Below, in pieces: positions 1-10,717 of a stretch of 64,000 nucleotides of DNA (positions within the stretch are counted from its first letter, which is position 1; each line of letters starts with the position of its first letter). Under the pieces are notes generated by a model that did no database searches, had not been told where the DNA came from, and worked only from the letters and a program-made list of their open reading frames with translations. Both the position numbers and the translations under genes were made by a program. Source of the DNA: an uncultured Aquiluna sp. (lineage in GTDB: Bacteria > Actinomycetota > Actinomycetes > Actinomycetales > Microbacteriaceae); contig CAJYLB010000001.1 of NCBI GenBank assembly GCA_913775595.1, positions 558,001 to 622,000 on the forward strand. The letters are read 5' to 3'.

Positions 1-27
1 AAGTACGAACTCCTGTTGCTTGTCCAT
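1..27 (-). CDS. glnA: Glutamine synthetase (GlnA2-type), 5' end only; runs off the window
   Basis: Minus strand reads ATG GAC AAG CAA CAG GAG TTC GTA CTT (MDKQQEFVL), the typical N-terminus of actinobacterial GlnA2. AGGAGG SD at 33-38; divergent from nadE. Confidence 0.7.
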
Positions 28-56
28 TCCAGCCTCCTGACACTCCTAATAGGCTA

Positions 57-1679
57 GTGGCTGTGCAAGAAATCCGTATTGGCTTTGGCCAGATAAACCC
101 CGTCGTGGGTGACTTCGCGCACAATTCGAAACAAATTCTGCATGTCATGGATGAGGCCTCGGGCAAGGTTGACCTTCTAGTTTTCGGTGAACTGGCACTT
201 TGCGGATATCCCCTGGGGGATCTCAGCTACCGAACAGACATCATTGCCGCAACTGAGGACTCGCTTTCGAAGCTCATAAGCGTCAGCGCTGAATCCAAAT
301 ACAAGGACCTGACGGTGGTACTGGGCCACGTGAGCCTCGCAACAAAGGCGCAGGACAATCAGTCTTCCTTTGCGGCAGCTCACAACTCAGCAACCGTCTT
401 CAAAGCGGGAAAAGTTATTGGCCGATACGACAAGAGATATCTTCCAAATTATGACGTCTTTGATGACTGGAGGAACTTCGTTCCGGGTGAAAATGACCTT
501 GTCTTCGAGCTAAACGGACAGCGGGTGGGAGTATCTATTTGCGAAGACATCTGGCACCCAGAGAGCCCGCAGCGCGAGTCTCTAGCTAAGGCCGGAGTGT
601 CACTTCTAGTAGTTCCCAACGGGTCTCCCTACACACGTGACATCCAAACCCGCAGGCGTAACTCCGTCCGAGAGTTTCAAAACGGCTTCGCTGTGGCCTA
701 TGCAAATCTCGCGGGGGGCCAGGACGAGCTCGTCTTCGACGGCGATAGCTTTTTGATAGATCAAGACGGCAAGGAAGTTAGCCGAGCCGGCATGGGACCT
801 GGCTTCTATCCAGCTATCGAGACTGAACTTGAGCCTGTGCTTGACGATGAGCCTGAAAGGCTTTATCAGGCACTCGTCACCGGTTTGCGCGATTATTGCG
901 CTAAGACAGGGCAGAAGAGAGCCGTTCTCGGTTTCTCCGGAGGCATTGATAGTGCACTCTGTGGCGCAATCGCAGTGGATGCGCTGGGAGCTGACGCGGT
1001 CCTCGGAATAGGCCTCCCCTCCAGGTATTCATCAGACCACTCCCTAGATGATGCAAAACAGCTGGCAAAGAATCTTGGTTGTGAGTTCCGAGAGATAGGC
1101 ATAGACCGCGCACACAAAGCCTTCGAGTCAATGGTGGAGTTGGAGGGGCTTTCCGGCGAAAATGTGCAGGCAAGAATCAGAGCGGTGACCCTCATGGCAG
1201 TTTCAAATGCTGAGGAAAGGCTTCTTCTAACAACTGGCAACAAGAGTGAGATAGCCGTGGGCTATTCAACTATGTATGGGGATTCGGCAGGTGGATTCGC
1301 GCCTATCAAAGACGTCCTCAAGACCGATGTTTGGCGACTAGCGAAATGGCTCAATGCCTCCAGGGGTAAAGAAATAATTCCGGTCTCCTCAATTGAGAAA
1401 CCACCCTCAGCCGAGCTAAGACCCGGCCAGCTTGATACTGACTCGCTGCCGGATTACGAACTTCTTGACGACATTCTGCGCCTATTGATCGAGAAAACCG
1501 CGACTGTTGATGAGGTAGTCGCCCTTGGCTTCGAGAGAGAGCTAGTTAGTGACATCGATAACAAGGTTCGAGCTGCAGAGTGGAAGAGATCTCAGGGGGC
1601 AATCGGAACGAAAACAACCCAGGTCGCGTTTGGATCAGGGCGTAGAGTACCTATTACTACCCGTTTCGGAAAACTATGA
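57..1679 (+). CDS. nadE: Glutamine-dependent NAD+ synthetase
   Basis: N-terminal nitrilase-like domain (FGEL, YDK, ICEDIW) plus synthetase domain (GFSGGIDS, ENVQAR, TGNKSE, PSAEL). The true start may be GTG at 63, 7 nt after a TAGGCT -10. Confidence 0.95.
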   Translation: MAVQEIRIGFGQINPVVGDFAHNSKQILHVMDEASGKVDLLVFGELALCGYPLGDLSYRTDIIAATEDSLSKLISVSAESKYKDLTVVLGHVSLATKAQDNQSSFAAAHNSATVFKAGKVIGRYDKRYLPNYDVFDDWRNFVPGENDLVFELNGQRVGVSICEDIWHPESPQRESLAKAGVSLLVVPNGSPYTRDIQTRRRNSVREFQNGFAVAYANLAGGQDELVFDGDSFLIDQDGKEVSRAGMGPGFYPAIETELEPVLDDEPERLYQALVTGLRDYCAKTGQKRAVLGFSGGIDSALCGAIAVDALGADAVLGIGLPSRYSSDHSLDDAKQLAKNLGCEFREIGIDRAHKAFESMVELEGLSGENVQARIRAVTLMAVSNAEERLLLTTGNKSEIAVGYSTMYGDSAGGFAPIKDVLKTDVWRLAKWLNASRGKEIIPVSSIEKPPSAELRPGQLDTDSLPDYELLDDILRLLIEKTATVDEVVALGFERELVSDIDNKVRAAEWKRSQGAIGTKTTQVAFGSGRRVPITTRFGKL

Positions 1680-2461
1680 AAATCAGAACCTCGACTCTTG
1701 CCAAGTTCAAGCAGGAAGGCAAGAAGTTCAGTTGCCTGACCAGCTATGACCAGCAGACTGCAGAGATTTTTGATGCTGCGGGCATAGAGGTCCTCCTGGT
1801 GGGCGATAGTGCCAGCAATACAGTTCTTGCGAACGATGACACCATTTCGGTCACGCTCGAAGAGATGATCCCTTTTGGCAAGGCGGTAGCGAGGTCTGCG
1901 CGGAGTTCACTTGTGGTTTTTGACCTGCCATTTGGCTCCTACGAGGAGTCTGCGGAGCAGGCTCTGCACAATTCCATACGCGTAATGAAAGAAACTGGCG
2001 CCCATGCAGTAAAGCTTGAGGGGGCTAAGTCGGAACAGATCAGACGCCTAGTTGAAAGTGGCATCCCGGTTATGGGGCACGCAGGCTTCACACCACAATC
2101 TGTACACGCACTTGGTGGCTACAAGATTCAAGGCAAGGACGATGCGGCCGCAAGCCGCCTCCGGGATGACTGCCTAATAATTCAGGAGGCTGGAGCATTT
2201 GCAGTAGTTCTGGAGATGGTCCCGGCGGACCTGGCTGCGGAAGTCACGCAGGAACTCACTATCCCGACAATTGGAATTGGCGCAGGCTCGGGAACCGACG
2301 GTCAGGTACTGGTCTGGACAGATTTTGCGGGTCTGTCAGGTAGGTCGCCATCATTTTCTAAGAGCTACCTGAACCTTCGCGAGCTGCTACTTAAAGCTGC
2401 AAGTAATTTTCGTACGGAGGTGGCAGAGGGCCATTTCCCTACCGACAAGGAAAGCTTTTAG
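1676..2461 (+). CDS. panB: 3-methyl-2-oxobutanoate hydroxymethyltransferase
   Basis: LTSYD, LLVGDS, AVKLEG, MGHAGFTPQS and TIGIGAG..DGQVLV motifs. Confidence 0.96.
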   Translation: MKIRTSTLAKFKQEGKKFSCLTSYDQQTAEIFDAAGIEVLLVGDSASNTVLANDDTISVTLEEMIPFGKAVARSARSSLVVFDLPFGSYEESAEQALHNSIRVMKETGAHAVKLEGAKSEQIRRLVESGIPVMGHAGFTPQSVHALGGYKIQGKDDAAASRLRDDCLIIQEAGAFAVVLEMVPADLAAEVTQELTIPTIGIGAGSGTDGQVLVWTDFAGLSGRSPSFSKSYLNLRELLLKAASNFRTEVAEGHFPTDKESF

Positions 2462-2649
2462 TCCTCGTCATCCCACTCGCTCTGGTCTTCTTCGCGTAAT
2501 CTCCGAGCTCTCTCCAGAATGATTTGTTCGGCCCTTGATGCCTCTTCAAAGGAATCAAATGGGCCCAATCTGCTCATGGCAAGAGACTTTGGTCCCTCTT
2601 CAACCTTTTTTGTTTCTTGATTGAACCAATACTTCAACTCGTCGGCCAT
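2458..2649 (-). CDS. Small conserved actinobacterial hypothetical protein between panB and map
   Basis: 63 aa, YWFN...VEEG...RLGPF.S.EEA pattern, acidic W-containing tail. TATCTT -10 lies 7 nt before the ATG. Confidence 0.75.
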   Translation of the reverse strand: MADELKYWFNQETKKVEEGPKSLAMSRLGPFDSFEEASRAEQIILERARRLREEDQSEWDDED

Positions 2650-2689
2650 GTAACCAAAGATAGTGGCTCGGAAAAATAAGATAACCCCA

Positions 2690-3556
2690 ATGCCCGTAAA
2701 TGTTGATGGTCACCTAATCCCAGGTCGGGTGTCTCCGCGTAGAGAGGTTCCGGCATCAATCCAAAGACCGGAATACGTGGGTAAGAAATCTCCGGCACCC
2801 CACACAACTGGCGACCGATACGACGAAAAAACGATCGGCAAGATCAAAATTGCATCAAAGCTTGCAGCGACTGCTCGAGAGCTCATCCTTGGCAGCGCAA
2901 AGCCCGGCATGACAACAGATGACCTTGATGAAATTGGGCACAAATTTCTGATCGAGAACGGGGCCTACCCCTCCACTCTCGGATACCGAGGATTTCCCAA
3001 ATCTATTTGCACATCACTCAACGAAGTTGTCTGTCACGGCATCCCTGACGACACCGTTTTGAAAGATGGCGATCTGCTCAATGTCGACATCACCGCTTAC
3101 CTCGATGGGGTGCACGGTGATACCAATGCAACAGTTTTGATTGGCCAGGCAACCCAGGAAGCGGCAAACCTGGTCGAGCGAACCCAGGAGGCAATGCTTA
3201 GAGGGATCAAAGCAGCACTTCCCGGCAGAGAGGTGAATGTCATTGGAAGGGCTATCGAGTCATACGCCAAGCGGTTTGGGTACGGAGTTGTTCAGGATTT
3301 CACCGGTCATGGAGTTGGGACCAGTTTCCACACGGGCCTGATAGTTCCGCACTATGACGCACCTGAGTACTCCACGGTCATAGAGCCCGGCATGGTCTTC
3401 ACCGTGGAGCCGATGATCACCCTTGGAGGAATTGAGTGGGACCTCTGGGATGACGGCTGGACAGTAACTACCAGGGACAAGTCGCTAACAGCGCAGTTCG
3501 AGCACACAATTTTGATTACCGAAGACGGACCGCAGATACTGACGGAGGCCACATGA
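2690..3556 (+). CDS. map: Methionine aminopeptidase type I
   Basis: CHGIPD, NVDIT, HGDTN, GHGVG..FH, FTVEPM and AQFEHT metal-binding motifs. Start placed at ATG 2690 (TAAGAT -10 7 nt upstream); the ORF is open from 2663. Confidence 0.95.
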   Translation: MPVNVDGHLIPGRVSPRREVPASIQRPEYVGKKSPAPHTTGDRYDEKTIGKIKIASKLAATARELILGSAKPGMTTDDLDEIGHKFLIENGAYPSTLGYRGFPKSICTSLNEVVCHGIPDDTVLKDGDLLNVDITAYLDGVHGDTNATVLIGQATQEAANLVERTQEAMLRGIKAALPGREVNVIGRAIESYAKRFGYGVVQDFTGHGVGTSFHTGLIVPHYDAPEYSTVIEPGMVFTVEPMITLGGIEWDLWDDGWTVTTRDKSLTAQFEHTILITEDGPQILTEAT

Positions 3557-4299
3557 GCAAGAAGGCATTGGGTATTGATATCGGTGGCACTGGTATCAAA
3601 GGTGCTCTAGTGAACACTAAGTCGGGGCAACTGCGCTCTGAGAGGGTGAAGCTTGGAACGCCGGAGGGCGGTGAACCCGAGGCCATTGCAGAGGTTGTCA
3701 GGGAAATCGCTCAGACGGTCGATACAAAGGAAGATCGTGCGCTTGGCATCTGCTTTCCGGCAGTTGTTATCCATGGGGTGACCAAATCTGCTGCGAACGT
3801 TAGCAGCAGGTGGATTGGCCTAGATGCCGACGAACTTTTCTCGAACACGCTGGGAAGGCACGTGCACGTCATAAATGACGCTGATGCTGCAGGGGTCGCT
3901 GAGGTCAAATACGGAGCGGGCAGGAAGCGTGACGGGCTGACCATCATGACAACGTTGGGCACAGGTATTGGCACTGCCTTGTTTTATGACGGAACCCTGA
4001 TCCCTAATGCAGAACTTGGGCACGTAGAGATCGACGGGGTTGACTACGAGACCAAGGCCTCCTTTGCCGCAATGGAAAGAGAAGGTCTGTCCTTTGAAGA
4101 GTGGGCCGAGCGGTTGCAGTTCTATTACTCGACCCTCGAGAAACTACTCTCACCCGATTTGTTCATTGTCGGAGGAGGAATTAGTAAGTCACATGAGCAG
4201 TTCTTGCCCCTGCTCCGCCTAAAGACGGAAATTGTTCCTGCAGTGCTGCAGAATTCTGCAGGCATCATTGGCGCTGCCGCACTGGCTCACGAGAACTAA
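3553..4299 (+). CDS. ppgK: Polyphosphate glucokinase (ROK family)
   Basis: GIDIGGTGIKG, NDADAAG, TLGTGIG, NAELGH and GGGISK motifs; usual position after map. Confidence 0.9.
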   Translation: MSKKALGIDIGGTGIKGALVNTKSGQLRSERVKLGTPEGGEPEAIAEVVREIAQTVDTKEDRALGICFPAVVIHGVTKSAANVSSRWIGLDADELFSNTLGRHVHVINDADAAGVAEVKYGAGRKRDGLTIMTTLGTGIGTALFYDGTLIPNAELGHVEIDGVDYETKASFAAMEREGLSFEEWAERLQFYYSTLEKLLSPDLFIVGGGISKSHEQFLPLLRLKTEIVPAVLQNSAGIIGAAALAHEN

Positions 4300-4300
4300 C

Positions 4301-4638
4301 GATGGGTCGGCCGATACGCCGGGTTCTGTAGCGCTAAAGCGCTGACGGTCATCTATCTCGGCCTCTGGTTACCCAGAGGCTCTAGCAACCTACCCGAAGG
4401 CATTAGGCGAGCAGCCCTGCCTTCTGCTTGGTCTTGCTCCAGGTGAGGTTTACATAGCCGGGAAAGTCACCTATCCCGCTGGTGGTCTCTTACACCACCG
4501 TTTCACCCTTACCCTTGCGGGCGGTTTACTTTCTGTTGCACTATCTCTCGGGTTACCCCGGGTGGGCGTTACCCACCACCTTGCTCTGTGGAGCCCGGAC
4601 GTTCCTCGACAATGTCGCGACCGCCTGGCCGACCCATC
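4301..4638 (-). ncRNA. rnpB: RNase P RNA (bacterial type A)
   Basis: Minus strand has GAGGAACGTCCGGGCTCC near the 5' end and ACAGAACCCGGCGTAT near the 3' end (P4 conserved regions). Termini GATGGGTCGGCC/GGCCGACCCATC pair as P1. TAGGCT -10 at 4650-4645. Confidence 0.96.
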
Positions 4639-4647
4639 CCTACAAGC

Positions 4648-5757
4648 CTAGTTTCGGATCAGGTGTTGGCAAGAGTTCATTACAAAGACCTCTGCGAAGT
4701 TCATGTCGAAGAAACGATAAATGCTTATGCCACCTGGAGATGAATTGAGGTTGAAGTAGGCATTTTTGGCCCCTCTGAAGGCTGCTGCGGCAAATGCCCT
4801 GGTGGGCATCATGTGAGTCGCTACTCCCACGGACTTCCCTCTGTTCTGGTCAATGATCTCTTCGAGGGCACTCCAGACTCTGCCCTGCATGTCGTTCACT
4901 GACTCTCCGCCTGGCGGTGCAACATCGAGTGAACCTCTCCAGGCACTCACTAGTTCCAGTTCGTCGGTCTCAAGCTGAGCCATTTCGAGCATTTCCCAGT
5001 CCCCAAAGCCAATTTCCTTGAGCCTTGCATCAGCTAACATCTCCAGCTTCCCCATTGCGAGAGCCTCGGCAGTCTGAGTCGTTCTCACCATTGGAGAGTG
5101 GTAAACAACAGAGAGTTCTGGAAGGCCGAATTCTGAAAGCAACATAGGCAGCTGGGCAGCAGCAGCGTTGGCTTCAAAAAGCCCGAGCTCACTTAACTGG
5201 GGATCAGTTCCCTGGCCACCCGAGATTAGATTTTTCTCGGTGTTGACTGTGTGCCCGTGCCGGACAACTGCGATCGTTGTCGGCTCCTGGTTTTGCCTAG
5301 GTGCGCGAATTGATCTCGGCTGTATTGCACTGAGTTCGAGGTTTGCCGCGGGACTGCTTGAAAAGTCTCCGTCGTCAAGGGCTTTATTGGCATTCGCATC
5401 CGCATGAGAGTTTTGCTCCCTGGGCACCCATTCAAACTTTGCGTCAAATTCGCGTAATAGCGCCTGGGCCTCAATTGCCAGCTCCTGCATGTTTGAATTC
5501 TTGATCTTCCAGCGACCAGAAAGCTGTTCAACTACCAATTTGGAGTCAAGCCGAATCGTTACCTCTCGGTATTCGGTCTTTGTCAGATACCTAAGGCCGG
5601 CAATTACCCCCGAGTATTCAGCATGGTTATTCGTAGCAATTCCCAAGCCCTCGCCAAAGTCCGCGATTGGATTTCCCTCCGCATCCACAATGTGGACACC
5701 GTAAGCCGCAGGCCCGGGATTACCCCTTGAGGCTCCGTCCGCGTAGAGGTAGATCAC
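4648..5757 (-). CDS. Bifunctional RNase HI / histidine-phosphatase-family protein (Rv2228c-like)
   Basis: N-terminal YADGASRGNPGPA, NNHAEY, DSKLVVEQ and N.HAD..AN (RNase H); C-terminal VRHG.T, SPM.RT.QTA, E..FGDWE and PGGES. GTG start overlaps the upstream stop (GTGA). Confidence 0.9.
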   Translation of the reverse strand: MIYLYADGASRGNPGPAAYGVHIVDAEGNPIADFGEGLGIATNNHAEYSGVIAGLRYLTKTEYREVTIRLDSKLVVEQLSGRWKIKNSNMQELAIEAQALLREFDAKFEWVPREQNSHADANANKALDDGDFSSSPAANLELSAIQPRSIRAPRQNQEPTTIAVVRHGHTVNTEKNLISGGQGTDPQLSELGLFEANAAAAQLPMLLSEFGLPELSVVYHSPMVRTTQTAEALAMGKLEMLADARLKEIGFGDWEMLEMAQLETDELELVSAWRGSLDVAPPGGESVNDMQGRVWSALEEIIDQNRGKSVGVATHMMPTRAFAAAAFRGAKNAYFNLNSSPGGISIYRFFDMNFAEVFVMNSCQHLIRN

Positions 5758-6470
5758 TCTCTCACCAACATCGCGGAGCACTCTGAGCAGGTAGCGAGCT
5801 CATCAAATGGCACGCGGTTGATCTCTGCCATGGCAGTGGAATTGAGGCTCATGTTGCAAGCGCTACAACTGGAACCTGACAGCTTTCCTACCGCAGCGCC
5901 TCGTTCAAGCTTCTTTTCAAACAGGGCTAATAGCTCCTGCGGGACCGTGCCCTTGAGCTCGTTTATGAGCTTCACAAGGTCTTCGTTTTGAACCTTAAGC
6001 GACTCGAGCTCCTGAGCGATACCTGCCTTGGTTTGCTCAACCGCACCCTCGGCCTCATCGCGCTGTTTCTCAAGTGCCGATAGTTCCTCGCTTGCGACAT
6101 CGCGCTGCTCCATGAGCTCAAGTTCGTTGTCTTCTAGCGAGCTAAGCCGGCTCTTGAGCGACTCAATCTCATGTTCAATCCCCGCAATGTCCTTTGGGTT
6201 TGAGGACTGGTTTAGCCTTTCAGCATCTTTTGAAAGGCGCTTTTCGACAAGTTCGACATCAGACTCCAACCTGTGGATGTCGCGCTGTATCTCCTCCATG
6301 CGTCCCCGTTGCTCCGAAAGCCTCCCCGTTACATCCGCCAGCTCAGCACGAGCATCCTCAATCGATGACGAAGAGGTTAGTTCTCTAGCTTTGGCGACTA
6401 TCGCCCGCTGCGAATAGATGTTCCTCTGAATTTCGAGCAGAGTCTCTAACTGGTCCCTTGTAGCCTTCAC
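5754..6470 (-). CDS. Coiled-coil protein with C4 zinc ribbon (Rv2229c-like)
   Basis: Long coiled coil followed by CSAC...CSEC; sits between the Nif3 and RNase H genes; GTGA start/stop overlap. Confidence 0.88.
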   Translation of the reverse strand: MKATRDQLETLLEIQRNIYSQRAIVAKARELTSSSSIEDARAELADVTGRLSEQRGRMEEIQRDIHRLESDVELVEKRLSKDAERLNQSSNPKDIAGIEHEIESLKSRLSSLEDNELELMEQRDVASEELSALEKQRDEAEGAVEQTKAGIAQELESLKVQNEDLVKLINELKGTVPQELLALFEKKLERGAAVGKLSGSSCSACNMSLNSTAMAEINRVPFDELATCSECSAMLVRE

Positions 6471-7267
6471 TGCATCACCGCAAAATCCCACGGGTCTGTC
6501 CTGAGATCGCTGACTAGGAATTCGACACCAGTGTGCTTTTTAGAAAGCTGGGCAGCAGCAGAGTTTAGCCAGAGCCACTCAGCCGCCCAATGCGAGACAT
6601 CTATTAGCGCGGGTCCGTCAACAACTGCTGAGAGTTCCATAAAATCCTGGGCTGGGTGATGACGAAGGTCACTGGTTATAAATACATCGACATTTGCAGC
6701 AATAGCAGCGCTGAGGAAGCCATCCCCGGCCCCTCCGACTAAGCCGACACCGCTGACCATTCGTTCAGGATCGCCTGCAACCTTTACCCCACCTGCAACC
6801 GACGGCAGTACTTTGGCGACATGACGAGCAAAGTCAACAAGACTCTGAGTTGCGACCTGACCAATGCACCCGTGTCCACTGACTTTGTCCAGTGGTTCGA
6901 TTTCCGTGAGTCCCAAGGCTGCGGCAAAGGATTCAGAAACTCCACCTCTGGCGATGTCCGCGTTCGTGTGAGCGGCGTATACCGCTAGAGATCCTCGAAC
7001 AGCTTTGGCAACCACGTTGCCCTTAGCGGTCAATTCGCCAAGTTCATGTACTGGCCGTAGCAGCATCGGGTGGTGGGTGAGAAGTAGCTGCGCCTTAGCC
7101 TCTAGAGCCTCTTCCACAACTGCACTCGTGATGTCCACACTCAACAGGACTTTTTTGACTTCGCTGCTTGGGCTTCCGAGCATTAGCCCGACGTGATCCC
7201 AATCCTCCGCAGTTGAGGTTGGCCACAGCTCCTCAAAGCTTTCGATGAGGTTCGCTAAGGAGGTCAT
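6467..7267 (-). CDS. Nif3-like dinuclear metal-centre protein (GTP cyclohydrolase 1 type 2 homolog)
   Basis: AEDWD.VGL, THHP, HTNAD, TSDLRHH and HWAAE motifs. Confidence 0.93.
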   Translation of the reverse strand: MTSLANLIESFEELWPTSTAEDWDHVGLMLGSPSSEVKKVLLSVDITSAVVEEALEAKAQLLLTHHPMLLRPVHELGELTAKGNVVAKAVRGSLAVYAAHTNADIARGGVSESFAAALGLTEIEPLDKVSGHGCIGQVATQSLVDFARHVAKVLPSVAGGVKVAGDPERMVSGVGLVGGAGDGFLSAAIAANVDVFITSDLRHHPAQDFMELSAVVDGPALIDVSHWAAEWLWLNSAAAQLSKKHTGVEFLVSDLRTDPWDFAVMQ

Positions 7268-7275
7268 ACGTAAAG

Positions 7276-7297
7276 CAAACCAGAAAAATCTGGTTTG
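7276..7297 (-). terminator. Hairpin downstream of tRNA-Val (possible weak intrinsic terminator or processing site)
   Basis: CAAACCAGA-TTTT-TCTGGTTTG perfect 9-bp stem followed by CTTT on the minus strand. Confidence 0.5.
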
Positions 7298-7316
7298 GAT
7301 TTGTTTTTGTTCGAAG

Positions 7317-7389
7317 TGGGCCCTACCGGGCTCGAACCGATGACATCCACGGTGTAAACGTGGCGCTCTACCAACTGAGCTAAAGGCCC
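7317..7389 (-). tRNA. tRNA-Val (anticodon TAC)
   Basis: GGGCCTTTAGCTCAGTTGGTAGAGCG CCACG-TTTACAC-CGTGG ... GGTTCGAGCC ... GGCCCA cloverleaf; CCA not encoded. Confidence 0.96.
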
Positions 7390-7416
7390 GGCCGAAATAC
7401 TACTACAGATAACTTC

Positions 7417-7872
7417 CTAAAGAAGTTCAAGTGCACTGCGATAACTGGCAAGATCACGCGCTTCACCAGGCGGGGTCGTGAACTTAGCGACAACAACATG
7501 GTCGTGGTTAAGCACGTAGGTTGCGCGAGTTCCATGGCCGCGTTCTTCCAGGAAAGCGTCATAAAGCTGCGTCACCTCTCCATGAGGCCAAAAGTCTGCT
7601 AGCAGTTGAAAGTCGTAGTTTTCCGCCGCAGCAAACGCGGCTTGGGTGAACTTGCTGTCAACGCTAATTGCGACAAGCTCAACCTGTGAATCTTTGAACA
7701 TCGCAATGTTGTCCCGAAGCTCACACATTTCACCGGTGCAGGTTCCGCTAAAGGAGAGTGGGTAAAACACAAGGACCACCGGCTTGCCGCGGTACTCGCT
7801 TAGCTTGAACTCCTCGCCGTGTTGATTTGGCAATGCGAAATCTGGGGCAATGTCTCCTACTGATACGGCCAT
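7417..7872 (-). CDS. Peroxiredoxin (AhpE-like, AhpC/TSA family)
   Basis: GD.APDF.L, VFYPLSFSGTCTGE and LLADFWPHGEV; usual position divergent from aceE. Confidence 0.9.
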   Translation of the reverse strand: MAVSVGDIAPDFALPNQHGEEFKLSEYRGKPVVLVFYPLSFSGTCTGEMCELRDNIAMFKDSQVELVAISVDSKFTQAAFAAAENYDFQLLADFWPHGEVTQLYDAFLEERGHGTRATYVLNHDHVVVAKFTTPPGEARDLASYRSALELL

Positions 7873-7993
7873 TAGAGCTCCTTCTTTTAGGACTTAGGAC
7901 TATAGCTAAACAAATGAATGAATACCTGAATAGACTTTAGTGGCCCACAAAATGGGAACCTTTGGTAAACAGCCACGAAAAGAGGCTCTAGCT

Positions 7994-10717
7994 GTGTCGA
8001 TTAATAATCAAGATGCATTCGCTGTCAACAACCCCGACAGGGACCCTCAAGAAACAGCCGAATGGCTTGAATCCCTCGACACACTAGCTAAGACCCACGG
8101 CCGCGGTCGAGCCAGAGAGATCATGCTGAATCTGCTCAGGCGCTCCCACGAGCTCCAGCTGAACGTGCCGCTGGTACCAACTACTGACTACATCAACACC
8201 ATCAGTCCCGAGGACGAGCCTCAGTTTCCCGGCGACGAGCAGATCGAGCGTACCTACAGGGCCTGGATGCGCTGGAATGCGGCAATCATGGTTCACCGTG
8301 CGCAGCGCCCAGGAATTGCAGTGGGTGGCCACATTTCATCATTTGCATCCAGTGCATCGCTCTATGAAGTTGGCTTCAACCACTTCTTCAAGGGCCACGA
8401 TCATCCAGACGGTTCCGACCAAATCTATATTCAGGGCCACGCCTCCCCCGGCCCCTATGCGCGAGCATTCCTTGAGGGAAGGCTCACAGAGGCCGAGATG
8501 GACTCCTTCCGCCAGGAAAAGTCCAGGCCGGGCAGGGGGCTACCCTCATACCCACACCCGCGACTCATGCCAGACTTTTGGCAGTTCCCGACCGTTTCGA
8601 TGGGCTTGGGCCCAATCAGCGCCATCTACCAAGCGCAATTCAACCGCTACCTCATGGCAAGAGGTTTCAAGGACACTTCCAATCAACACGTGTGGGCGTT
8701 CCTTGGTGATGGAGAGCTCGATGAGGTAGAGAGTCGAGGGGCGCTCCAGCTGGCTGCAAACGACGGGCTCGACAACCTGACCTTCGTGGTTAACGCCAAC
8801 CTACAGAGACTCGATGGGCCAGTCCGAGGTAACGGCAAGATCATCCAAGAGCTTGAAAGCTTCTTCCGAGGTGCTGGCTGGAATGTCATCAAGGTGATCT
8901 GGGGTCGTGAGTGGGACGCGCTGCTGTCAAAGGACCACGACGGTGCACTGGTTGACCTAATGAATAGAACACCCGATGGTGACTATCAGACATATAAGAC
9001 TGAAGACGGCGCCTTCGTCCGTGAGAATTTCTTTGCTCGCGACCCGAGAACCGCCCAATTGGTTGCTGACATGACGGACGATCAGATTTGGTCGCTGAAG
9101 CGTGGTGGCCACGACTACAACAAGATCTACGCCGCATACAAGGCTGCAACCAGCCACAAGGGACAACCAACTGTCATCATCGCCAAGACAATCAAGGGTT
9201 ATGGGCTTGGAAAGAGCTTCGAGGGTCGCAACGCAACCCACCAGATGAAAAAGCTCAAGCTAGAAGATCTAAAGCAGTTCCGCGACGAGATGCGGGTTCC
9301 GATTTCTGACGCCCAGCTTGAGGCTGACCCCTACATGCCGCCCTATTACGTGCCCGAGGGAAATTCGCCAGAACTTGATTACATGCACGAGCGACGGAAG
9401 CAGCTAGGTGGATATTTGCCAGAGCGTCGCAGTAAGTACGTGGACTTCAAGCTGCCAGAGGTAAGCGCCTACGACGTCCCTCGTAAAGGGTCGGGAAACC
9501 AAGAGGTTGCCACGACTATGGCGTTTGTGCGAATGCTCAAAGACCTACTCAAGTCAGAGGGTGCGGGCGAGCGAATTCAGCTCATCATCCCCGATGAGGC
9601 AAGAACGTTCGGTATGGACGCTTTCTTCCCAACCTCAAAGATTTACAACCCCAATGGAATGAAGTACATATCGGTAGACCGTGAACTACTGCTGAACTAC
9701 AAAGAGAGCGAAGCAGGTCAAATTTTGCACACCGGCATCAACGAAGCCGGATCAGTCGCAGCCTTTACTGCATCGGGGTCTTCATACTCGACGCACGGTC
9801 AACCGATAATCCCCATCTACATCTTCTATTCAATGTTTGGATTCCAGCGCACAGCAGACTCCCTCTGGCTCGCAGGCGACCAGATGGTGCGAGGGTTCCT
9901 CATCGGTGCTACAGCTGGAAGGACAACCCTGACTGGTGAAGGCCTCCAGCACGCAGATGGACACTCCCCCATAATCGCCTACACAAACCCGGCAGTCATT
10001 AGCTACGACGCCGCCTATGGATATGAGATCGCCCACATTGTGAAGGCCGGCTTTGAGCGCATGTACGGAGGTCAGCATGAGGACCCCAACGTCATGTACT
10101 ACCTCACGGTCTACAACGAGCCAATGCTCCAGCCAGCTGAGCCAGAGAACCTCGATGTTGATGGCGTCCTAAAGGGTATCTACAAGCTCAGCAACGGCAA
10201 TGCAGCCGGCCACAAGGTGCAGCTGTTGGCCTCAGGTGTTGCTGTGCCATGGGCGCTCGAGGCACAGGGACTCCTCGCCGAGTACGGTGTCGCAGCGGAT
10301 GTTTGGTCGGTGACTAGCTGGGGAGAGCTGCGCAAGGACGGCCTCAAGGCTGACGAGCAGAGGTTCCTTTTCCCAGAGCAAGATGCCCCGATGCCCTACC
10401 TAACTCAGAAACTCGCAGATGCCGAGGGTCCATTCCTGGGTGTCAGCGACTACACCCACTCGCTACCCGACATGATCAGGCCATGGGTTCCAGGTGACTT
10501 TGCAACTCTTGGGGCTGATGGCTTTGGCTTCTCAGACACCAGGCCAGCTGCAAGGCGCTTTTTCAAGATTGATGGCCCATCGATCGCCGTCAGGGCTTTA
10601 GAGCAGCTTGTCGCTCAGGGCAAGCTGGATGCAAGCATCCCCCAGCAGGCAATTGACAAGTTCCAGCTCCACGATGTTGCTGCAGGCAGCAGCGGATCGG
10701 CCGGTGGTGACGCCTAA
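7994..10717 (+). CDS. aceE: Pyruvate dehydrogenase E1 component (homodimeric)
   Basis: [31 protein letters not shown] motif, FGFQR and GEGLQH. Start placed at GTG 7994 after AGAGG; the ORF is open from 7940. Confidence 0.97.
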   Translation: MSINNQDAFAVNNPDRDPQETAEWLESLDTLAKTHGRGRAREIMLNLLRRSHELQLNVPLVPTTDYINTISPEDEPQFPGDEQIERTYRAWMRWNAAIMVHRAQRPGIAVGGHISSFASSASLYEVGFNHFFKGHDHPDGSDQIYIQGHASPGPYARAFLEGRLTEAEMDSFRQEKSRPGRGLPSYPHPRLMPDFWQFPTVSMGLGPISAIYQAQFNRYLMARGFKDTSNQHVWAFLGDGELDEVESRGALQLAANDGLDNLTFVVNANLQRLDGPVRGNGKIIQELESFFRGAGWNVIKVIWGREWDALLSKDHDGALVDLMNRTPDGDYQTYKTEDGAFVRENFFARDPRTAQLVADMTDDQIWSLKRGGHDYNKIYAAYKAATSHKGQPTVIIAKTIKGYGLGKSFEGRNATHQMKKLKLEDLKQFRDEMRVPISDAQLEADPYMPPYYVPEGNSPELDYMHERRKQLGGYLPERRSKYVDFKLPEVSAYDVPRKGSGNQEVATTMAFVRMLKDLLKSEGAGERIQLIIPDEARTFGMDAFFPTSKIYNPNGMKYISVDRELLLNYKESEAGQILHTGINEAGSVAAFTASGSSYSTHGQPIIPIYIFYSMFGFQRTADSLWLAGDQMVRGFLIGATAGRTTLTGEGLQHADGHSPIIAYTNPAVISYDAAYGYEIAHIVKAGFERMYGGQHEDPNVMYYLTVYNEPMLQPAEPENLDVDGVLKGIYKLSNGNAAGHKVQLLASGVAVPWALEAQGLLAEYGVAADVWSVTSWGELRKDGLKADEQRFLFPEQDAPMPYLTQKLADAEGPFLGVSDYTHSLPDMIRPWVPGDFATLGADGFGFSDTRPAARRFFKIDGPSIAVRALEQLVAQGKLDASIPQQAIDKFQLHDVAAGSSGSAGGDA

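Noticed and set aside
4482..4748. 88-aa + strand ORF
   Set aside because: Antisense to RNase P RNA and to the end of the RNase H gene; a shadow ORF
10608..10706. N-terminal extension of fasR deep inside aceE
   Set aside because: Open frame by chance; FasR-like sequence begins near [10 protein letters not shown]
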